Positions 9,785 through 19,413 of a stretch of 64,000 bases of DNA are shown here, in pieces. Location of the stretch: contig JBEUKZ010000071.1 of assembly GCA_048128005.1 (NCBI GenBank), positions 558,001 to 622,000 of the forward strand. Direction: 5' to 3'. Source of the stretch: Veleropilina oligotropha (Eukaryota). Position 1 is the first letter of the stretch; each line of letters begins with the position of its first letter. The notes beneath the pieces were generated by a model that saw nothing but the letters and a program-made list of their open reading frames with translations, ran no database searches and was not told the DNA's origin. Position numbers and translations under genes: made by a program.

Positions 9785-11089
9785 ATGGCCAGCCTCTACG
9801 GACGCACGCTTGATCCATACCGCAGACTTCGAGAGCCCCTCGGGGTCAAGGGTATCCGCCAGTCGGTCACCATAACCAACAACCCATCCACCATCGCCGC
9901 AAACCAACAGCTGCTGGTCAGGTTTCCCAATCTCGGGATTCATGACATGATCGTACCAGGGACTGCCCACCTCGCATTCACCATTTCTCTGACCTCGGCT
10001 AACCCGAACAGGACCGTAGTTCAGAACATCGGACGCGCCGTGGTCAAAAAGACCACGATCAAGATCAGTGGCAATGAGATCTTGTCTATAGACGACTCCG
10101 ACGTGTATCACTGCTACTGCGATCTCTGGAAGACACCACAGGAACGTAACAGCGCCCACTATCAGGGGATTGATACTAGCGACGGACGCAACGCTACGAA
10201 GAATCGTGTCGGCGCTGAGGGCGCATTCAGACGTTCTGAGGACACGGCCATCTCGGACGATTACGGTCCGAGGTTCCGCATCCCGCTGGATTTAGAGTTG
10301 CTGGAGAGCCATATGCCGTTCTACCAAAGTGCCCTTGGAGACCGTCTTGAGTATGAGCTCACCTTCAATGATCACTCAAGGACGATCCGGGACACCGATG
10401 ACCCCAGTTCCAGCTACAGCATCGACAACATTAGCCTTGAGTATGACATGGTCACCCAGGTAGATCTGGCCAGGCTAATTCGTAACCAGTACTCGGGCCG
10501 TATCGCCATCCTCTACGACCGTGTGCTCCGGTATCGTAAGCTCACCAGGGACAAAAGCGATACTTTGTGGAATTTGAACGTGAACGTACCGGCGCGATCA
10601 ATGAAAGGAATTCTACTTCTGTTCGAGGATCCCGCGAGAGACGCCGCACCATTTGCCAGGGACACTGAGGCCTTCTACAACCCGAAAATTACCAGTGTGG
10701 AGATCACTATTGAGGGCGTGCCGAATCAAATCTTCAGCGCTGGCATGCGTTCCCACCAGATGTGGGACGAAGCCAGGAAGCTGTTCGCCTCCAATCCGAT
10801 CAGCAAGCGCAATCCTGAGGTGGCGTTGGTTGCAAAATCCTTGGCTTTGGCAGACGTGACCCTGGGCCAGTTCTTAACGAAGAAGTTTGCTTTATGGATC
10901 GATTTGCGGGTAACTGACGACGATCAGCTGCACGGATCAGGCCGGAAAGTAGATAACGGCAGCGAAGGCATCACCATCCAGATAACTAAGATAGGCGAGG
11001 CAGCCGGCCCGTTGAACGTTTATCAGTACATCGTTATGGACGCGCAGCTCAATATCGAAAATGGCCGATTCGTCACCGCGCTGTACTAG
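9785..11089 (+). CDS. Major capsid protein (double jelly-roll, hexon-like)
   Basis: 434-aa intact beta-rich ORF in CAACATGG context, directly upstream of the packaging ATPase; N-terminal NPSTI...LLVRFPNL..D.IVPGT..LAF pattern and short terminal beta-hairpin (LNIENGRFV) fit DJR capsids. Confidence 0.8.
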   Translation: MASLYGRTLDPYRRLREPLGVKGIRQSVTITNNPSTIAANQQLLVRFPNLGIHDMIVPGTAHLAFTISLTSANPNRTVVQNIGRAVVKKTTIKISGNEILSIDDSDVYHCYCDLWKTPQERNSAHYQGIDTSDGRNATKNRVGAEGAFRRSEDTAISDDYGPRFRIPLDLELLESHMPFYQSALGDRLEYELTFNDHSRTIRDTDDPSSSYSIDNISLEYDMVTQVDLARLIRNQYSGRIAILYDRVLRYRKLTRDKSDTLWNLNVNVPARSMKGILLLFEDPARDAAPFARDTEAFYNPKITSVEITIEGVPNQIFSAGMRSHQMWDEARKLFASNPISKRNPEVALVAKSLALADVTLGQFLTKKFALWIDLRVTDDDQLHGSGRKVDNGSEGITIQITKIGEAAGPLNVYQYIVMDAQLNIENGRFVTALY

Positions 11090-11693
11090 ACGGTTTCCGC
11101 ACCCCAAGGACCCCCACTCCGCGATCATCTGCGGCCAGACTGGCTGCGGGAAGACCTTGTTTATACTTGAACTGCTGAAAGGGGTCTATCGAGGGGTGTT
11201 CAGGCATATTGTGATCCTCTGCCCCACGATCAAGTTCAACAAGGCATACCAGTCCTGTCCGTGGATCTGGACTGACCCGGAGGTGTACATAATCCCCCCT
11301 GGTGAGCGACTCCATGACTGGTTGCAGGGGTTCTACCGGCTTTTCCAGGGGGAGTCGACTCTGTACATAATCGACGACTGCGCCGCCAGCAAAGCCCTCG
11401 CCAAAAAACTGGACATGCTGACTGAGCTGGCTTTTAGTGGAAGGCACGCCTCCCAGAGTGTGTGGGTGGTGACGCAGAAATACAACGCAGTCCTGAAGGA
11501 GCTGCGAGAGCAGACCCGCTTTGTCGTTTTGTTTCATTGCAAGGACCGCGACAGCTTCGAAGACTGTCTTCGCGAGAACGATGTCATAGGGTCGCAAGAT
11601 GAACGAACCGCGGTGCGCCGGCTGTTGGCCGAGACCAAACATGCCAAGCTGCTGTTAAAGACCGATCAGCCCGTTGCTTATAGTGTGGAGTAG
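11061..11693 (+). CDS. A32/FtsK-HerA-family genome packaging ATPase
   Basis: Walker A GQTGCGKT, Walker B YIIDD, arginine-finger/sensor SGRH...VVTQKY. Confidence 0.93.
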   Translation: MADSSPRCTRRFPHPKDPHSAIICGQTGCGKTLFILELLKGVYRGVFRHIVILCPTIKFNKAYQSCPWIWTDPEVYIIPPGERLHDWLQGFYRLFQGESTLYIIDDCAASKALAKKLDMLTELAFSGRHASQSVWVVTQKYNAVLKELREQTRFVVLFHCKDRDSFEDCLRENDVIGSQDERTAVRRLLAETKHAKLLLKTDQPVAYSVE

Positions 11694-11725
11694 CATCTGC
11701 CTAGCATCTACGTAGCTAGCTAGGC

Positions 11726-12508
11726 ATGTCTGACACTGTATACATAGCTTTTGCTTGCAGCCAAAGCCTGATGTTGCTGTTACTCGTGGGGGGGTGGTAC
11801 TGGCTGTACTGTTATATTAGACCCCTCCGAAGATGTTGGCAACGACTCAGGATGGACAGTCTTATCGATCAACTCCTAGATGACGAGGAAGAAACGACCG
11901 TGGGCGGTCTGCGTCCCACTGGCTCGACGACCGAACGCTGCTCGCAGCACGAGGAACCTGTCAGTGGCTCCATAGGGATGACAAAGAAGCGGGAGAGGCT
12001 TGCCGCGTTAGCGATTGGAGGGCAGGCATGCAAATACTTGGGGAGCAACCTCACAGTTGACCGAATCGACGCTATGACCGACGAAGAGATTGACAAGCAC
12101 CATGCTCGGTACGAAGCGAGGTTAGGTGCGGAGATGACGAAGACTCTGGGGACTGCCGCTATACAGCTTTATGCGGGTGCAGCTGGGATGTTCTTGCCCA
12201 TTCCACCGGAGAACCAACCACGTCTGGTCGCTGACCTCGAGGCCGACCCTTTCATCTCACATGCGCTCCGCGGTGCAAACTGTGAGCTGTATTATAAGTA
12301 CGGCATGTACCTGGCGCCGCTGACCGCAGTGTTGACCACGGCGAAGCACTGCCGATTTGGACACGTCTGCCCGCCTAAGATACCAGAGCGAGGGCGAGAT
12401 CAAGATGACAACGCCGGAAGTGGACCAAATTTCGGCACCGAACCCGCCGATAGAGAGGGTGACCCAGCCGATAGAGAGGGTGACCTCTTCTTCGGGGCAG
12501 GACCCTAA
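11726..12508 (+). CDS. Hypothetical viral protein (260 aa; start uncertain)
   Basis: Intact ORF in the + strand gene cluster; hydrophobic N-terminus; alternative start MDSLIDQLL. Confidence 0.65.
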   Translation: MSDTVYIAFACSQSLMLLLLVGGWYWLYCYIRPLRRCWQRLRMDSLIDQLLDDEEETTVGGLRPTGSTTERCSQHEEPVSGSIGMTKKRERLAALAIGGQACKYLGSNLTVDRIDAMTDEEIDKHHARYEARLGAEMTKTLGTAAIQLYAGAAGMFLPIPPENQPRLVADLEADPFISHALRGANCELYYKYGMYLAPLTAVLTTAKHCRFGHVCPPKIPERGRDQDDNAGSGPNFGTEPADREGDPADREGDLFFGAGP

Positions 12509-12905
12509 GAAGGTGGCTGCAGGGAGGGCCGGTGCTGCTGCTCGAAAAGCCAAGCAGGAGAGGCTACTTGCCGAGGTTCGAAAACTTAAGGAAGACACCC
12601 GCACAGTTCCAGAACCACCGGAGGCACAACCCCAACAAAAACACAGTGGTGCCCCGGCCGAGGTGACCGCGGTCGAAAACGCAGTACAGTCAGATACGCG
12701 GAAATCGGACCCCACCCCCACCCCAGCATTTAATTGGACCCATGGACTCTTTGCTGCAGGCGGGGTAGCGTTGCTATTTCTTGTCTGGAAACGCAGCAGT
12801 GGTACATCCACACCACATCAACAGCCACCAGCACAGGCGAGGCAGCCTACCACCCGGGCCACCATCGAATTGGAGACTAGGCCCAACCCCTTCCATATGC
12901 GATAG
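12405..12905 (+). CDS. Hypothetical basic/Pro-rich viral protein with one TM helix
   Basis: ATG at 12405; DPKKVAAGRAGAAARKAK basic motif; GLFAAGGVALLFLVWKR TM segment. Confidence 0.7.
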   Translation: MTTPEVDQISAPNPPIERVTQPIERVTSSSGQDPKKVAAGRAGAAARKAKQERLLAEVRKLKEDTRTVPEPPEAQPQQKHSGAPAEVTAVENAVQSDTRKSDPTPTPAFNWTHGLFAAGGVALLFLVWKRSSGTSTPHQQPPAQARQPTTRATIELETRPNPFHMR

Positions 12906-12916
12906 AGCAGTACAAC

Positions 12917-13155
12917 ATGACTACCCCGATTACTGACGGAAAGATGCTCGGCAACGCCGTCTATCACTCGGCCATAGTATCAGGCCTCGCCATAGGCTAC
13001 GCACGCCTGGGAAAAATGGTATTCAAGGGGCGAGCCCCAAGCTGGACTTCACGGGTTACGACGTGGGAATGGTCGTCCTCGACGTAGCGCTCGCCATGGC
13101 GACGAAGGATTTGCTGATCAAACAAGGCATCATCCCCGCCGACATATTGAAGTAG
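12917..13155 (+). pseudogene. Small hydrophobic viral protein (~79 aa) broken by a 1-nt shift; absent from the ORF track
   Basis: CAACATG start; MTTPITDGKMLGNAVYHSAIVSGLAIGYARLGKMVFKG then, with one extra G in the G-run at ~13027-13030, ASPKLDFTGYDVGMVVLDVALAMATKDLLIKQGIIPADILK*; fills the gap between flanking genes. Confidence 0.65.
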
Positions 13156-13173
13156 TGGGACCTGCTAGATTTA

Positions 13174-13605
13174 ATGGCTTCCGTAGCGATGCTGGTTGGG
13201 GGCGCTCTCGTTAACGCCCTCGCCTTCAGCGGGTCGAACTTCCTGTTCTCGAAGCTACGCAGCTCAGGTGTTGATGAGGAGCATAAACGACACGACAAAG
13301 CCGTAGAGCAGCTCCAGGCCGCTCAGACTACGTGGGACCACAAGAGGGCAGAGCGGCTCGATTGGCTTAACGTTGAACTTCGCCGCCAGGGTCATGCCGT
13401 TGGCACATTCCGGGATGTTGACGCCGCGATCCGTGAGTATGCAATGATCACCGGCAAGAACCTTGACCCCGGCCTGGGGGGTGGCCCTGAGCCCCAGCTG
13501 TCTGACTACTACACCCCGAGCGAAGACCAGAAGGGACGTGAGATCACTTTCGTCATCCTTGGGATGGCTGCGACCGGGTTGGTAGCCTACAAGCTCCTAC
13601 CCTAA
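13174..13605 (+). CDS. Small viral membrane protein (143 aa)
   Basis: Hydrophobic N-terminus (MLVGGALVNALAF), coiled coil, C-terminal TM (ITFVILGMAATGLVAY). Confidence 0.8.
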   Translation: MASVAMLVGGALVNALAFSGSNFLFSKLRSSGVDEEHKRHDKAVEQLQAAQTTWDHKRAERLDWLNVELRRQGHAVGTFRDVDAAIREYAMITGKNLDPGLGGGPEPQLSDYYTPSEDQKGREITFVILGMAATGLVAYKLLP

Positions 13606-13642
13606 TTTCCAGTGGACATTTTTTTCGTGGACATGTATACTA

Positions 13643-14872
13643 ATGGGGCTCCCAGAAGAGCTGTACTTTGCCTTGCTAGAGGTGGGCCTTGGTACTACGT
13701 CACTCGACTGCTGGCGGCGCAACGAAAAGACTATGGTGCGGTTCGCGGTCCTGGTGCTCTCGGGCCCGACCAACCTACGGGGGACGACTGGGCAGCGACC
13801 GGCTCCGGAAGCTGAAGCCTGTTGGAGACTGATCAGTTTACTTGACGCTAAAGAACTCGACCGGAAGCTTGCGAATAGCTACTACAGCCCCCGAGGCTAC
13901 TGGAAAGGGATCGCCGCGATAAAACATCTCTCGGCCGCAGTAGATGTCTCTGAAGACGTGGCCCGGGATTGGCTGAAGAAGCAGGCCATCTGGCAAATCT
14001 ATTTACCTGCGCCACGGCGGATTCCAAGACCAAAATTCGACGTCGTAACGCCGAACGAGGTTCACCAAGCCGACCTCCTGTTTCTGCCCCATGACACAGT
14101 GGGCTTGGCACGAAAGCAACGGAGCTACAAGTATGCGCTGACGGTTGTTGACGTCGCCTCACGCTACAAAGAGGCTGAGCCTCTGGCCACAAAAGAGGCC
14201 AAAGGGGTTGCTGAAGCTCTGTCTCGAATCTACAGGCGGAGTCCTCTTAGCTGGCCGAAACTGCTTCAAGTCGACCCAGGGAGGGAGTTTATGGGCGCAG
14301 TCTCCCAGCTGCTGGCTACAAATAACGTCGAGGTTAGGCGTGGCCGTGTGGATATTCATCGCGACCAAGGGATCGTGGAGCGCTTCAACCGGACGCTCGC
14401 TGAGCGGCTCTTCGGGCACCAGTATGCAACAGAGATGCGTTTCGCAGGGACTGCAAAAGAGGGTCAAAGGTCGACTGAGTGGGTGGCCAGGCTGCCCGCC
14501 GTTGTTGCGGCCTTGAATGGGGAAGTGACCCGCCTCACCGGTAAAAAGCCCAAGGACGCCATCAAGGCGCCTCGCGTTGTACAAAATCCCTCTTCCACTG
14601 TTCCAGGCCGACAGGGGAAGGAACAGAAACTCCCCTCAGGTGTTGGTGTTCGTTACCTTTACTACGATGGTGAGCTGGAGGGGGGTCGTCGCCGTGCCAC
14701 TGACCCGGTGTGGTCTCTAAAAGTTCACAGGCTTGGACGCTCCATCGCTAAACCTGACGAGCCTGTGCTCTACTACTTGCTCGATGGACCACCGCGTGGG
14801 TTTGTTCGAGAGGAACTTCTCGTGGTGCCTCGTGACACCCAGCTGCCGCCGGTTGGAGTTCTCAAACGTTGA
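13643..14872 (+). CDS. Retroviral-like (rve) DDE integrase, Polinton type
   Basis: HQADLLFL...LTVVDVASRY...LQVDPGREF...GIVERFNRTL: D, D and E catalytic residues present; ORF intact. Confidence 0.93.
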   Translation: MGLPEELYFALLEVGLGTTSLDCWRRNEKTMVRFAVLVLSGPTNLRGTTGQRPAPEAEACWRLISLLDAKELDRKLANSYYSPRGYWKGIAAIKHLSAAVDVSEDVARDWLKKQAIWQIYLPAPRRIPRPKFDVVTPNEVHQADLLFLPHDTVGLARKQRSYKYALTVVDVASRYKEAEPLATKEAKGVAEALSRIYRRSPLSWPKLLQVDPGREFMGAVSQLLATNNVEVRRGRVDIHRDQGIVERFNRTLAERLFGHQYATEMRFAGTAKEGQRSTEWVARLPAVVAALNGEVTRLTGKKPKDAIKAPRVVQNPSSTVPGRQGKEQKLPSGVGVRYLYYDGELEGGRRRATDPVWSLKVHRLGRSIAKPDEPVLYYLLDGPPRGFVREELLVVPRDTQLPPVGVLKR

Positions 14873-17800
14873 CAGCAGCAGCCCCTCTTGTTCGGTTACA
14901 TTCGAGGCAGGTTAAGCGCACGTTGTCGCGGATGTGGCCCCTGCTGTTGTCCACACGGTCAACACTGAACTGCTGTGTGTCCTTCGGGGCATATGCCCAG
15001 AGCAGCTCTATGTTGCATGCCGCGCAGCGGTTGTTTTGGGCGTCTTTGAGCTGCAGGATGTTATCGACCTTCAGGTTAAATCCCTGGAGATCCTTGGCCT
15101 GGTCCTGGCGCATGTATGCCACGAGCTTTCTCTGGATAGTCTTTCGGAGCTGCTGCTCGGTTTGGGGCGGCCTGTCCTCAGAACCCTCATCCGGAGGACA
15201 TACCCGTTCGAGCTGACGCAGATACTCCACCCGGGACACGGCTAGGTAGGCGAGATTACTCCACTGAAGGTAGTCGTCGATGATCCAGACTTTCTGTGGG
15301 TCGTGAATGGTAAGACCCTGGCTCGAATGGATGGTGAGAGCATAGCCCAGGCGCCAATCCGGGGTCAGGATAGCCCTCTCAGCGGCCTCAATGGTGACCT
15401 CAACGACGTCGTTGAGAACTAGCTCCTGTCTTTCGTCGGTGCCCGGAATCGTTACCATGATGTTTTGCGTACGGGTGTCCCTGGGGTGGTAAAGGATAGG
15501 AACCTGGGAGTCTGGGAAGTGCTCCTTGTGCCTCTGGAGCAACAGCTCTTGAGCCCGTTCGCGGACCTTCTGACGGCTCGTGAGGATTAGGTCACCCAGC
15601 TTCCAGGCTTTGACAAACCGGTCCCATCCAAGGCAGCTGGGGAGAGTCTTACGCATTTCCCCGCACTGGACTTTGTCGGGCTGGAGGCGGATACGTCTTT
15701 TCAGGGCTTGGAGGGCAGGGTCTTTCGCCCTGTAGTCTACTTCGACTTCTTCATAGTAGTCCGCGGTCTTTCGCAGCCAATCGTGCGGCATCTCCCCCGT
15801 AATCGGTGGCGGCTGGCCCTGGTCCCCACAGCAGATAACCTGAACTTCGTGGTGGCCCAGCCAGTCTAAGAACATCTCGAGGATGTGCCTGGGAACAGTA
15901 CAGACCTCGTCCCAGATAATGACGCGGGGGATGAACTTCTGACCCATGCGGTCGGGCGTCCAGTCCGCTCCATCGGAAGACGCTGTGGTAGGTCTGGGCT
16001 TTGACACCCCTGGTCCGCATCTCTTTAGCGAGGCGGTGGGTTGGCGTGAACACGATGGGATTCCTTGCCCGGAAGAGCTCGATCGCTCTCGTAGTCTTGC
16101 CACAGCCCCCTCCACCGTTGAGGTAACTCAGGCGATGGTGGGTCAGCGTGTCGTCGTAGCATGGCGCGGTGCTTGGCTGGCTGGAATTGGCGGCACAACA
16201 ATACTCTGGCTTGGGTAGGTATGCGGCATGTTCCTGTGGCAGGTACAGCTGTTCGCCCTTGTCACGCCACTGGGCCGGTGCTACTGGCGGAAGGTACGTC
16301 TCCCCGATCAGACAGGAGATGCAAGATTTATCGCCACAGTCGCAGAGTTGGGGGGCAACGTACGCCTTGACATCGTCGAGCTTCTCCAACGAGGCCTTTT
16401 TGAGGTAGATGCTGTCAGTGGCCACTCGGACAGCCTCCTCAGGGTTGAAACGCTGGACCATGCTCAAGAGGTTTATGTGGGCATAGGCCAACATGCTGGC
16501 CCTCAGGTGGGCGTACTGAGGCTGGGAGCCATCATAATACGTGAGGATGTGACCGAGGGGGCATCTTTGAGGAGCGCCAACCAGGGTGCCGCTTTGGCGG
16601 GTGTCTCTTACGAGGAAGTCGAGCTCCCCCTGGTCGGTCACCAGTCTTCGAGTCAATCTTTTGCCATCTGCCTTGGCGCCTTGGGTGAATTTGCCGATAA
16701 TGCTGCAGCCCTGGTCACGATCCAGAGGAAGCCAGACATCGGTCTGCTTTCTGAATGCGATGATGGCTTCTCGGATCTTGAGGCTTTTTAGCAGTCCAGA
16801 TTCTATGAGGAAGGCGAGCAGCGGGGTTGGTGCCCAACTCATTTCTGCAAAGTGCTTTCCGAACCAGGCGGGAATGGTGGGGTGGATTTCTTGTGCAAAC
16901 TCCCATTCCACGACCTCAGCAAAGCCAGTACCGATTTCTTGGGGACCGTTAATTGCGACCCGAGTCATGCTGTCGGGTGTCCGAATCTTTCGAAGTACGG
17001 CTTAGCCTCACCCTTCCCCTGAAAGCTGGCAGGGTAGCAGGCTTTCATATCGATGCAGCAGACATCTCTCGTATCATAGTTCATGGAATTCCAAAGGCCA
17101 CCATGACCATGCTCTACGAGAGATGTCTGGATGTCATCGAGCAGGCTGGCCGGGGTGGGTTTCCAGCCGTTGTTCTCTTTGGCCATAATGCTAGCTGCAT
17201 GGTTCACGCCAAAGGCTCGATCGGCAAGGGACTCATTCCCCCCCAGAGCCTTACAGGCTTCCTGAAGAGCGGTGTGCGTCTCTTTCGTCCTGTAGGTGCG
17301 GCCGTCTTGAAGCACGAACTGGTCCACGCTGAGCTGTCGGTCTTTACCGCCAAGGAGCCAGACAGCTAATGGCTCGTTCTGTGTGGCTTGTCGGATAGCT
17401 TCCCAGACATCGCCCTCATACAGGTGGACCTCGCGAGACTGCGGGAAGTGAAGGTCCTTGGGCCAGGCGTGGCCGTTGTGGCAGATGAGTTCTACGTTTC
17501 TGAATGTATGGTTTCCTTGACCGCGGTATTTACCAGAGTTGTAGATGTCCTCGCCGGCGATGTCTCTCAAGATGATCGCCCGTTTGAGGATCCTCTCCAG
17601 TTGGGCCACATCGTCGACGGAAGCTCCTGTTACATGAACTCGCGCCTCCCACTCCTGTACTTTCTGCCGCCGTGTCGGAGTTAGTCCGTTTCCTCTCAGG
17701 GCACCTTCGAAGTGCTCAACCACTCTCTGGGCAACGCAGTTGAGATCGCCGTTCTTCATTGGAACCAGGTTGGCGGGGTTTGGTTCTCTGAGAGGATAGA

Positions 17801-18724
17801 GGCCGTAGACGACTGCAGTGACCGGGTAGGCGTTCTCGTAGTAGACTTTGTCGACCCCAGTGATAGCACCCGGCTTAGTGTCATGGGATATCTCAAAGAT
17901 ACCCTGGCCCTTCTTTCTCGCAGCCTTCACCGGGTCAAACTTATCTTCGACCATCCAGTCGCCTTCATGCCACTCACGCAAGAACTTGATTCTCAGGACA
18001 TACTCGCCTTTTGGAAGGACGGTGAGGAGCTGTGCCGCCCTCGCATCTGTCATACGGGCATCCAGGGCCAGCCGGCCAGCCCTCGCTTCGATACCGTTGC
18101 CGATGTTCTCTACCTCTACCTCTACCCTCCATGTGGAGAAGGCCGCCACGGCGCCATCGACCTCAAACTTGTCTTTGGCGTCGTTCAAGAGTTCCACCCA
18201 TGGCTCTTTTGCTGGGAGCCTTACTGGGGGAGGGGCCTGGTCATCCAGGTCGATGAATTGTTGCCCCTCTGTTGTGGTAAACAACCCTAGAAGATCCTTC
18301 TGGTAGTCCTGGGCTGTCCGGGGCCTTTTGGAGATGGGAATTGGGTCAAATTCATCAACAACGGCCTTCCGTATTGCCCGGGCAAGGGTCTCTTTCCGAG
18401 ACCTAGTCAGACCATGCAGGTGTGGCTTGACGATTCGATCGGTGATACGACGAAGTGGCTTCTGTCGTATCCCGGGCGTTTTCTCAGCCTGGATTTCGTA
18501 TTTACGGACCTTGAGGGCCACGTCGACCTCGTCCTTAAGCTGCCGCAATTCACGAGCACGACGGCCTCTTTTGTGGGGGTTCTCCACATCTCCACGTATG
18601 GAGGGGAACCTTCCCGTTTTCATCGCCCGCTCGAGTCTCCTCCGAAACTCGGCAGGTCGTTCTTCTTGAGCTTCGACCGAGCGGGAAGCCCGTAAGCATT
18701 CGCTAAATTCCGCAGTTCATCCAT
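14862..18724 (-). pseudogene. Frameshifted replicase fusion: HeH - OTU-like protease - family B DNA polymerase - SF1 helicase - HNH (~1290 aa if repaired)
   Basis: Pol motifs GHGG, DMKACYP, SIIGKF, ATDSIY; helicase GGGGCGKT, IIWDE, GDQGQPPP, TIHSSQGLT, YLAVSR; C-terminal CAAC...SVDRVDNSRGH..DNV..TCLECN; frames join at ~18652, ~16969 and ~15965. Confidence 0.82.
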
Positions 18725-18760
18725 GTTGCTGGGCGGGTATAGGTCATGCCGATCACTTCT

Positions 18761-19060
18761 CTAATAGTAACTTTCCGTGTGGTAGATTGCAGCCATGCGG
18801 AGAAACTCTCGCTGAAACTCTCTCTGGAAGGCCCTTTTCTTTCGTTGCCAGTCCCTATCGTTCTCAAGCTTATACCCACAGCCCTGACACAGCGTAAGCC
18901 GGTTAAAGACGCCTTTGCCGCATTTGATGCAAGGCTTTGTGCCCCGACCATTTCGCCGTAGCCGAGCCAGATGGACTTTGCAATACTCGCTCAGACATCT
19001 CTTACCGCATAACTCCGTGGAGCTGATGGTAAGCCATTGACAGGTGTCTGTGCCCTTCAT
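18761..19060 (-). CDS. Small Cys/His zinc-finger protein (99 aa)
   Basis: C-x10-C-x3-C-x4-C-x2-H followed by CxxC-x10-CxxC; basic C-terminus. Confidence 0.7.
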   Translation of the reverse strand: MKGTDTCQWLTISSTELCGKRCLSEYCKVHLARLRRNGRGTKPCIKCGKGVFNRLTLCQGCGYKLENDRDWQRKKRAFQREFQREFLRMAAIYHTESYY

Positions 19061-19224
19061 CGTATCCTTTGCATTGGATATACCCGTTGCAATGGGTATG
19101 TCTAAAAGAGAGCCCGGGCCGGCGAGGGTTGTGGGCCGTCCCTACGGGCTCTTACTACATGCTACTATATCGGCGCGAAATAGCTGGTCGTGTTAGACGC
19201 CGTGTAGTTATACTTGAAAGCAAC

Positions 19225-19413
19225 ATGCCGCAGAAAGCCGTTCCCAGGTTGCGCGGCGCGAAAAGTTCCCAACGCATCAGGACCCTCTTGAAATCGGGCT
19301 ACGACGTTTTGATTGTTGACCTCGACGATGGTGAACAGGCGGTCTTTAAGAAGAAGACCAAAGGCGGTAAGAAGGGAGTTTTACACCATCGCCGTCCCTC
19401 AGTTCCGAAATAG
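19225..19413 (+). CDS. Small basic hypothetical protein ending inside the right TIR
   Basis: CAACATG context as for MCP; MPQKAVPRLRG...KKKTKGGKKG. Confidence 0.4.
   Translation: MPQKAVPRLRGAKSSQRIRTLLKSGYDVLIVDLDDGEQAVFKKKTKGGKKGVLHHRRPSVPK

Noticed and set aside
14862..18623. Three independent genes (552, 405, 417 aa)
   Set aside because: The breaks fall between PolB motifs A and B and between helicase Walker A and B; the out-of-frame overlaps are low-quality sequence
5234..18961. Numerous short antisense/overlapping ORFs inside viral genes (e.g. 8423-8863, 11073-11642, 16228-16791, 17712-18290)
   Set aside because: Shadow ORFs of GC-rich coding sequence with no motifs
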